A DNA stretch of 64,000 nt from NCBI RefSeq assembly GCF_022045235.1, contig NW_027266330.1, positions 45,942,001-46,006,000 of the forward strand, written 5' to 3'. The translations under genes and the position numbers were made by a program. This DNA is from Haliotis cracherodii. Taxonomy: Eukaryota. The notes beneath the pieces are model-generated. The model made no database searches and had not been told where the DNA came from. It saw only the letters and a program-made list of their open reading frames with translations. This document shows, in pieces, positions 53,854-62,772 of this stretch. Position 1 is the stretch's first letter. Each line of letters begins with the position of its first letter.

Positions 53854-54825
53854 GCTTGCGTTTTAAAAACGATTGTGGCATTGATTGGGATAACACGCAT
53901 GTCTTTATAGGAAGGAGCTCTGTATAATTTGTCGCGAAAAAAATCTTAAATTTTTTTTTATTATGCTTCAGACTGTTAAAAATATAATGCTCACCACATT
54001 CAAGTATTCAAGCACATGATTGTTAAAAAAAACTGTCTGGGATTGCTGTCGTAGCTGAAAAATATCTAATCTCGGTACAAAACCCCAGGATGGATGCTCC
54101 AGTTCTGCCATCAGTGGTCCCTTCGAAGTGTGACATTGTTCTCGAAGGTGCTTGTTTATGAATGAGCGTACTCGTGAACTTTCTATGTATCTAACCTCAC
54201 TTTCGCTTGGTCAGAAACGATAGAAAATCCACTCGTTTCGTAGAAATGTCTCTTGCGGGACAAAGTGTAATATTCCCTCTCTCGACACAACATTATCGAC
54301 GTGGTCAAACAGTGAGACCAGTTCAGCTCATCGACAGTAGCGGACGGATTGCACGGCTATTCGCGGTGACGACAATGGCCGCCGTATCACCAGCGACTAC
54401 GTCGGCGATAGATAATCGCCGTCAGCCTGAGTGTAAGTGACAGAGCGAGTCCCATCACCGGGAACATTGGCGACTCGGTCCCGGCATGGGTTCTGTCACG
54501 TGATTGTCAACCTGAGCCTTTTCAACCTTTATTCTCCCATCTAACTGGCTGTTGTCGCCTATAACTTCAGCCCAACCGAGAATAAACGCGTGATCTTGGA
54601 CCTACATAGCGACCGTTGTTATTCTACATGTATGCAGCCATCGATGTTGAAGGTCAGACTAAGTCAAATAGGGAAGATGTTTGAAGATTCAGATGTTGGC
54701 TGATAAAATAAATATTCAGTACCCCACTTCTAGACGAATTGCTACCTAATAGCTATTACATGATGTAAGCATTCAAACGTCAAGATACAAAATCGATGTT
54801 TGTGATTATTTGTATTGCAGGTACA

Positions 54826-54909
54826 ATGGAATCTATTGCCGTCATCCTATGTGTGCTGTCTTTGATAATGACTTTGAGCCCAAGCCTTAGTGGAGCGGCG
54901 ACCATCAAG
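54826..54909 (+). CDS. Coding exon A of a small secreted Cys-rich protein (FGFBP-like): signal peptide MESIAVILCVLSLIMTLSPSLSGAATIK
   Basis: Acceptor ttatttgtattgcAG ends at 54820. ATG at 54826 in acaATGg context, 28 codons with a hydrophobic core and small residues (SGA/AA) at a plausible cleavage site. Phase-0 donor AAG|GTATTG at 54909/54910. Confidence 0.82.
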
Positions 54910-55222
54910 GTATTGATTCAATAACATTTAGCACAATATTTTATATGTATGGTCAACAGTAGTTATGCGTTCCCCGTGCCAGGAGCCACTGGCCGTTTGT
55001 CCCAACAGCAGTTCTTCATCGATTACGATCCTAGGTCTGTGCGAAACCTTTCCAGTCACTCAAAAACCTTCGCCCGTTAGCTCCATCCGAGTGTTAACGT
55101 CTTTGAAATGTAACCCATCTCGTTTTCATGCCACATTAAGCTGCCACACTCTAATTGTAATTAACCATCGTTGTTAAACCCTTTCCACTATCTCACTGTT
55201 ACGTTTATACTCGTCATTGGAC

Positions 55223-55488
55223 GTGAAGATCCGGGGTAGAATAGGTCTTCAGCAACCCATGCTTGCCGTAGAAGGCGACTATGCTTGTCGTAAGAGGCGA
55301 CTAACGGGATCGGTTGGTCAGAATCGCTGACTTTGTTGATGCATGTCATCGATCCCAATTGCGTGGATCGATGCTCATGATAATAATCACTGGATTGTCA
55401 GGTCCAAACTCGATTATTTACAGACCGCCGTCATATAGATGGAATATTTCTGTGTGCGGCGTTAAACAACAAACCAACTAACCAAGCA
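55223..55488 (+). mobile_element. Family A copy inside the intron of the FGFBP-like gene
   Basis: Best-preserved copy, flanked by a degenerate TSD actcgtcattggac / acttgtcctggac. Confidence 0.88.
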
Positions 55489-55522
55489 ACTTGTCCTGGA
55501 CAATCTCCCTCCTTTCACACAG

Positions 55523-55822
55523 GGCACAATAAAGGTCGGGGACGTCTCATGTAGCTATGCGGAGATCAAATACAACTCTGGTGGTGGACCCCGAGGATTG
55601 CGTCTCTTCAGCTGCAAGAACAACGGCGGCAACATGAACCTTGACTGCTACTACTACCCCGACAATCCACACGACTGCGCTTGGTACAATAAAAACCAGT
55701 CTCAATACTATAAACTTCTGGCAAAAAGTGCTATGAATAATGGCCAGCCATGCCGTATGGGAAACATTTCTGAAAGAAAATGTCACAAGACCTACCCATG
55801 CGAGAAAGGAAACTGTATGTGA
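55523..55822 (+). CDS. Terminal coding exon B of the FGFBP-like secreted protein (GTIKVGDVSCSYAEI...CHKTYPCEKGNCM*); spliced product 127 aa
   Basis: Pyrimidine tract and acceptor tctccctcctttcacacAG ending 55522, phase 0 matching exon A. 99 open codons plus TGA, 8 Cys in the mature chain, sequons NQS and NIS, AATAAA about 45 nt after the stop. Confidence 0.87.
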   Translation, partial: GTIKVGDVSCSYAEIKYNSGGGPRGLRLFSCKNNGGNMNLDCYYYPDNPHDCAWYNKNQSQYYKLLAKSAMNNGQPCRMGNISERKCHKTYPCEKGNCM

Positions 55823-55865
55823 GATGTAAAATGAATTCATGATTCCAAACTTCTTCTTACATCAG

Positions 55866-55871
55866 AAATAA
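55866..55871 (+). terminator. Polyadenylation signal AATAAA of the FGFBP-like gene
   Basis: Canonical hexamer shortly after the stop codon, followed by a GT-rich element (ctgttgtgtc) about 25 nt downstream. Confidence 0.65.
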
Positions 55872-55991
55872 ATGCTCGACAACAAGACTAATCCTGTTGT
55901 GTCATCATATATCGTAGAATCATGCTGTACACATGTTTGTATAGAAATGTATCACTGAACACTGAGTGTTGAACTACTTCATGTCAGTGAA

Positions 55992-56120
55992 AGTGAGTAA
56001 GTTGGGTTGTATGCCGCTTTAAGTAATATTCAAGCACTATCATGGCGGGGGACTCCAGAAATGGGAATCGACACCTGGTCTTCGGTCTGAGGAGCCAGCA
56101 CCTCAGCCACTTGGCTACCT
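55992..56120 (-). mobile_element. SINE family B, internally deleted copy
   Basis: Tail and head present, part of the body missing. Confidence 0.75.
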
Positions 56121-56464
56121 CAGAATAAAAATATGTCTTCAGAAAAGTATCGACTTTGACCAAAGTACAGCGTAAAAGAAATATAATATAATTTTAAAAT
56201 GTGACCTATTTTAGCACTTGGTCGGTAGGATTGTTTTCTATAGTTTTGGCGTCCACGAGAGTTTGGACTGTACAAATCCTCTTCTTCATGTACAATGCTG
56301 TGATATTGCTGGGATATTTCTACAATTGTCAGTTACTCTGTTCTCTGTGGTTATTTCTTAACCGTATCCCCTGCCGTGAAACAGTAAACACAGCCATGTT
56401 ATAACACAGGGATTCATAACCGCATGCTTACAAAACGAGAGTTGGAGAAGCAGCTCGCTTAGCA

Positions 56465-57153
56465 GGGGTACCACTGTACACGACCAACCCACACAACCAC
56501 ACAAGACCTGAGTGAACAAACAGTCGGTTTATTAACTGCCACAGAATCCATATATAATCAGTCAAATAGAAATGTTTACAATCAATTTTTAAAGCATGTT
56601 GACAATCAGTTGTAGAAGTACATACATCTGAAGAACATTAGGTGAACATGATATAGAATCATTACACAAGATACATACTACATTAGTCACGATACAGTTT
56701 ACATATGATTGAATCTTGTACATTAACCTAGTGGGCATTCACACAAGATACATTCAGTTCAGCTACAATACATATTCCAAACGGTAAACAACGTGCTAAG
56801 CTAACAGAATTGTCATAATCTATACACAGAAGTAGTACATGGGAATATTTAAGATATACACACACGTGTGACACTTACAGTTTCCAATTAAACTTGCAGG
56901 TATTGCCAAGGGTAATAACATATAGTTAAGAATTAACAAAGCACAAGATAGTAACGTTTCTTTCCTAAGTGAATAAACAGTCAGTTTGTTAGGCAGGCGC
57001 AGAATGATTTGTGATCGTCTGTCGTCCGTATTTATACCTATTCTGGCTGCTACAGATAATCTTATTTACTGATTAAACTGACGATAAAGTTGTTATTGCG
57101 AACTTTAGTGGCGCTATCTAGACAGAAATATATAATTTAGTTTGACCGAGACA
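56465..57153 (-). mobile_element. Probable LTR (~680 bp) followed by a primer-binding site
   Basis: Minus strand: TGT start at 57153, TATAAATA near 57030, TCATT initiator about 30 nt downstream, AATAAA near 56530, GT-rich stretch, ..GTGTACA end at 56475, then G and TGGTACCCC (56473-56465). No second LTR or TSD found. Confidence 0.45.
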
Positions 57154-59034
57154 TTGATGATAAAGGTGTTTATGAGTGAAGTTTAATCAGAATAATAGTT
57201 TACCAGTTGCTAGTATACCATGAATGCATACGTGGTACCTGTGATTTGATAAGGGTGGATGGTAAACAGCTGTAGATACAGATAATCCGACCAGCACCCT
57301 GAGAGATGCTGGTCCTGTCCGAAATGCGTTATCGGGTTGACCCTTGGCCGTCTAAAGATAATGGAACGTGGTCCTTAGTTGTAATATTCTCCTATTTCCA
57401 ATTCTTAATATGTGGCATGTAACGTGATAAAATGCTTGTAGAACTCTGTCCATTTTCCCCATGTCAACACTTATGATACAGTTGGAATCGTTCAGTCAGA
57501 TTTTGCATAGATTTCTTATTTAACATAATGGGTTTTGACGCTTTTATCTAACCTGCTCCTGTGTCACGTTAACGCGCCTTTTCAAAAATACATTTAAACG
57601 TTTTTTCATCCACACCTGACGCCCGAAAGTAGCCAAGTGACTGTACCAAACAACATGTTACAAAGTGTGCAAACAGAACACGCAATTCATGAATGCTGAC
57701 GAGCCATTTTTATACCATCATTCGCTGTATACTGGATTACGATGGACCTTTTTTGTGTTTTCACATATGTTAAATTGTTCAGAGAATATATTGCATATAG
57801 GGACTCTTGAGGAGCCTAGCGGATAAAGTGGTTGCTCTCCACGTCGAAGGCCCGGTTTGATTTCTTAGACCTTACATTATCATCTCAATTACATGGACTG
57901 TTTTTAATAATAATAATGATAATAATAATAATACAGATTTATAATAATCTACAGATTTATATAGCACTGGTATCCAGTTCGAAGAACTTCTCAAAAGCGC
58001 TTCATTTGAGTCTACACAAAACAGAGACATCACACAGCTAGGAAAACACAAAGCTGATATAAGTTGTTGTTTTTTTATTGTGTCTCACATCGAACACAAT
58101 CAACATCACTTTATACTGGATTCTCTCATTGATTTTGAGCCAGTGGAGGTTCCGTAGAATCGATGTGATATGGTCAAACATTTTGATTTAGTAACAAGCC
58201 TGGCAGCACAGTTTTGAACTTTTTCCAAAGTATAATGCTATTTGGTGTTTATAAATTGGGTACTGCTGATATAGCTGATGGAGTTTTAAATACACGTATG
58301 CCAAAAATGCAATTATATTAATTTCATTTCTCCCCAAAAATAACAACACCGTGTAACATTTCACCAAAGAAGCAAAGATATTCCTAAAAACTATTTCAGA
58401 TGTCACAAATCCATGGCAGAACAACACGAAGCATGGCGAACAGGCTGTGTGAATGTCACGGACTCCAACAAGGATTCATAAGAGTTGTTTCCCTTTGACC
58501 ACTATTGACACTATTGTATGTGGCAGGGAGCTCCCGTGCAGCAATTAACAGCTAAATATTTCAGAGAGAATGTCTGTTAAAACACTCGATTGAATCAAAT
58601 ATGCACACGTATTACATGTTTTGATATTTCTACTCTGATTAATTTAAGCTTCATTAGATACTCATATTTTCTAAAATGCAGGCAGTTCTATAAAAGAGAT
58701 AGATAAACTTAATGTGTTTTGAAATTGGATGTAGTCCCACTGCAGGTTTGATAATTTTATTTTTGTTTGGAACTGAGCGCTTTAGCGGTGTCGTTTTGCA
58801 AATTAAAATAAGAGAAATACCATAAGCTACAGGGGGTGTACATGTAACTTCAAAGTAGGTTTTTAGCTCAAATTCTACCACCACGACGAGACGACAAGAC
58901 GTAGTCTTTTGGAACGCGTAATTAGAGATGGGTACATAGGTTAGCAATCTTAGAACGTTCCGAAAGGGGGTCACAGGTAGTGATCAAGTGTCTCTCCACC
59001 CCGAACGTCGACCTGGCTGAACTTGACCTACTTA

Positions 59035-59744
59035 TGGGGCCTCAACACAGGATGGCGACCTTTGTGCCTTCCCATAAAATTCGCCAGGTCGTCGTTGGCG
59101 GCCCAAAGGAGGCAAAATGGTTGCCTAGGTCGTTCCAAGGTGGTACACAGGAGGTTCAGACATCGCCATGGTCGCCGTGAATTTTTGAACATATTCAAAA
59201 CAGTCGCACAAAGGTCGCCGAGGAGGTTGGTTGCTCAAAGGTGGCTCAAAGGAGGCAGAAGCGAGGCACAAGCATTGCCGTTTTTGCAGGATGAAGGCAC
59301 AGGGGTCGCCCAATAGTCGCCAGGTAAAAGATGCCTTCTGCTGCAATTTTCCCCCGTCAGTCTGGGCGATGCTTCTGCCTCCCTTGTGCCTCCTTGGGGC
59401 GACCAACATGAATGATGATTTAATGATGATTGTGGCGACCGCCGTGCCTCCATTCAGCGACCACGGCAACCCTTGAGACACCATGGCAATTCTTCTGCCT
59501 CCTTTCTGCCTCCTTTGAGCTACCTGTAGTGCCACCTCAGCCTGCATATGAATAGAGGGCTTGTACCTGCAATGTTTCATTGTGGTTGCAGATGCTGAAC
59601 AACTCGAGCAGTTACTGCTGAACAGCTGCTGGAGCAGTTACATAGAAACATGATTTTCTGGGTTTAGGCGACGATTGAGCGTCCTGGCCAGTTTTTGATC
59701 GCTCATAGGTGGCACAAAGGTCGCAGCCCTGTGTAAAGGGGGCT
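59035..59744. mobile_element. PIF/Harbinger-type non-autonomous DNA element (~710 bp)
   Basis: Imperfect TIRs sharing ACACAGG...GCGACCTTTGTGCC, TTA direct repeat on both flanks (59032-59034, 59745-59747), internal palindrome TTTTGAACATATTCAAAA and GC-rich internal inverted motifs. No transposase ORF. Confidence 0.72.
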
Positions 59745-59904
59745 TTACTCTTCACTGTCCATGGCTGCCAACATGGTTGTTCACGGTGACAGTGCTGTTT
59801 ACACATGTCATTAGCCAGAGGGCAATCCCGATCAGTAGTTATATGTATCATTAACCTGATGCTGCACTGGTGGAATGTGAGCCTTCTTGTACAACCGTGG
59901 CCAG

Positions 59905-60150
59905 TAGCATGGCTGAATGTACCGCCGTCTTAGCAGCAGACGGCGACACGAGAGAGACGTCTCATGTTTGTGACGTGACCCTGCTACTAGCATGGCTGAA
60001 TTTACCGCCGTTTTAGCAGCAGACGGCGACACGAGAGAGACGTCTCATGTTTGTGATGTGACCCTGCTACTAGCATGGCTGAATTTACCGCCGTTTTAGC
60101 AGCAGACGGCGACACGAGAGAGACGGCTCATGTTTGTGATGTGACCCTGC
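59905..60150. repeat. 83-bp tandem repeat x3 with an internal hairpin
   Basis: TAGCATGGCTGAAT at 59905, 59988 and 60071. Confidence 0.95.
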
Positions 60151-60680
60151 CACAGTGGTTCGTGTGTTTTACTTCATTGTGTGTGTGTTCTTAAATAAAT
60201 TTCATCAGGTTCGGTAAGCTGTTGTTCTGATATCGAACGTATACAATATTCTATTGGGTTATCGGCCGCCACTGTTATATGCATCGATGTGAAGGCTGTC
60301 GATAAATTGATGTCCTCTTACGCACGTTTTTTGTGTGAAAATTTAAAAGAGGTATCAGTAAAGAGGTATTGGCCAGAATCAAGCATTCTTCTATGTCATG
60401 GTAAAATTCTTTATAACCCAGTGGGAACCCGGATTAAAATAGATCCCTAGGACGCTCTCATAAGAGGTGGTCTGGCTTGAAGGTGCTCGATTAATCAAGA
60501 TCGAAGCACCCGTCGTGGAAGCTGGCTTCGATCGGGTGGTCTCACTTGGTCTCGCAGTAGGTTTTACTTGTAACTGTCCAGCTGTATAGTTACTTCTTAG
60601 ATAATCCTATGTATCCCGAACCAAGAGGCATTGTTTCTTTGAGAGGCATATAGAAGTTGAAGTACGAAATAAGGATAAGA

Positions 60681-60739
60681 GGTGAGGTGAAATGGGGTTT
60701 AACGTCGCGTCAAAGATTATTGCACTTATATGGCGACGC

Positions 60740-60770
<31 letters not shown>

Positions 60771-61024
60771 GCTTTTTGTACAAGTCCGAACTGATGCCGA
60801 TTTGATGCACACTGAGATACCGTACCGCAGTTTAACATGAATACCCCACTTAGACACAGTATACAAGCCGACCTGTCCTTGTTTAGCCCCTTAATGCCGA
60901 GCGCCAGACAGGGTAACAACAAGTACCACATTTTAACGTCTTTTGGTATGACGCGGCCGGGAATCGAACCTCGGATCTTCCGCTCTCCGGGCGGACGCTC
61001 CACCATTTGACCACGGAGGCGGTC
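60681..61024 (-). mobile_element. tRNA-derived SINE family C with a Meta/MESC-like central domain
   Basis: Revcomp has A box GTGGTCAAATGG and B box GGTTCGATTCC, then GTCATACCAAAAGACGTTAAAATGTGGTACTTGTTGTTACCCTGTCTGGCGCTCGGCATTAAGGG, which resembles the Meta/MESC SINE core as I recall it. Internal (CA)n, tail ending GCGACGTTAAAC, and GGATAAGA repeated at both flanks. Confidence 0.85.
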
Positions 61025-61026
61025 TA

Positions 61027-61187
61027 GTAGGGATAAGATATATGGATGAACAACATCCTTATTACAATTAGGAGCGACGTTTCCTTGTAGCTTCTAACAC
61101 ATGCTTGATAACAGTGTCAGAACCAACAACGAAACTTCACTCCTAATTGTAATAAGGATGTTGTTTTTCCATATATCTTATCCTTAC
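61027..61187. mobile_element. Palindromic Penelope-like (pseudo-LTR) remnant
   Basis: About 70-bp inverted arms around CTTGATAA. Each arm reads ..GTGT(T/C)AGAA..GAAAC..CTCCTAATTGTAATAAGGATGTTGTT outward. A single-arm relative lies at 48180-48240. Confidence 0.6.
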
Positions 61188-61372
61188 CAAGAAGCACTGG
61201 TATTCATTCTGAAATCCATTTGAATTATGTTGTTCTCTAGCTTCCCCGGGTATGTTTTCCATGTATTCAATTCCTGTTGGGGATCCGGGGTAACGAACCT
61301 GTTCCAAATAACCATTACTTATGAGTGTAGGCTAAAATTAGTCGGGTGGTCAGGCTCTGTGATACCCGAATC

Positions 61373-62772
61373 ACCCTGTAGTGGGTACAGGTTGAGGTAA
61401 CAGTCACCTGTAGGGAGTACAAGATGAGGTAACGGTCACCTGTAGGGAGTACATGATGAGGTAACGGTCACCTGTAGGGAGTACAAAATGAGGTAACAGT
61501 CACCTGTAGTGGGTACAGGTTGAGGTAACGGACACCTGTAGCGAGTACAAGATGAGGTAATGGACACCTGTAGGGAGTACAGGATGAGGTAACAGTCACC
61601 TGTAGGGAGTACAAGATGAGGTAACGGTCACCTGTAGGGAGTACATGATGAGGTAACGGTCACCTGTAGGGAGTACAAAATGAGGTAACGGTCACCTGTA
61701 GGAAGTACAAGATGAGGTAACGGTCACCTGTAGGGAGTACAAGATGAGGTAACGGTCACCTGTAGGGAGTACATGATGAGGTAACAGTCACCTGTAGGGA
61801 GTACAGGATGAGGTAACAGTCACCTGTAGGGAGTACAGGATGAGGTAACGGTCACCTGTAGGGAGTACAAGATGAGGTAACGGTCACCTGTAGGAAGAAC
61901 AAGATGAGGTAACGGTCACCTGTAGGGAGTACAGGATGAGGTAACAGTCACCTGTAGGGAGTACAAGATGAGGTAACGGTCACCTGTAGGGAGTACAGGA
62001 TGAGGTAACGGTCATCTGTAGGGAGTACAAGATGAGGTAACGGACACCTGTAGGGAGTACAGGATGAGGTAACGGTCACCTGTAGGGAGTACAAGATGAG
62101 GTAACGGTCACCTGTAGGGAGTACAGGATGAGGTAACGGTCACCTGTAGGGAGTACAAGATAAGGTAACGGACACCTGTAGGGAGTACAGGATGAGGTAA
62201 CGGTCACCTGTAGGGAGTACAAGATGAGGTAACGGTCACCTGTAGGGAGTACAAGATGAGGTAACGGTCACCTGTAGGGAGTACAGGATGAGGTAACGGA
62301 CACCTGTAGGGAGTACAAAATGAGGTAACGGTCACCTGTAGGGAGTACAAGATGAGGTAACGGTCACCTGTAGGGAGTACAAAATAAGGTAACAGTCACC
62401 TGTAGGGAGTACAGGATGAGGTAACAGTCACCTGTAGGGAGTACAAAATGAGGTAACGGTCACCTGTAGGGAGTACAAGATGAGGTAACGGTCATCTGTA
62501 GGGAGTACAAGATAAGGTAACGGACATCTGTAGGAAGTACAAGATGAGGTAACGGTCACCTGTAGGGAGTACAAGATGAGGTAACGGTCACCTGTAGGGA
62601 GTACAGGATGAGGTAACAGTCACCTGTAGGGAGTACAGGTTGAGGTAACAGTCACCTGTAGGGAGTACAAGATGATGTAACGGTCACCTGTAGGGAGTAC
62701 AAGATGAGGTAACGGTCACCTGTAGGGAGTACAAGATGAGGTAACGGTCACCTGTAGGGAGTACAAGATGAG
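61373..62772. repeat. 32-bp minisatellite (GATGAGGTAACGGTCACCTGTAGGGAGTACAA)
   Basis: About 43 highly homogeneous units. Confidence 0.97.

Noticed and set aside
57289-57335. Hammerhead-like CCTGAGAGA...CGAAA with a small hairpin
   Set aside because: The core does not match CUGANGA and no proper stem II or cleavage triplet could be folded.
58980-59580. Overlapping 66-151 aa ORFs on both strands
   Set aside because: GC-rich interior of the non-autonomous Harbinger-type element, with no transposase or Myb/SANT motifs.
29985-61024. Functional tRNA genes at the A/B-box sites (30084, 39241, 44751, 53853, 61024)
   Set aside because: No complete cloverleaf or acceptor stem. They are attached to SINE bodies, tails and TSDs.
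61373-62772. CRISPR-like regular 32-bp repeats (also 36535-37180 and 42205-44015)
   Set aside because: Units are contiguous with no unique spacers, the context is eukaryotic, and no cas genes are present.
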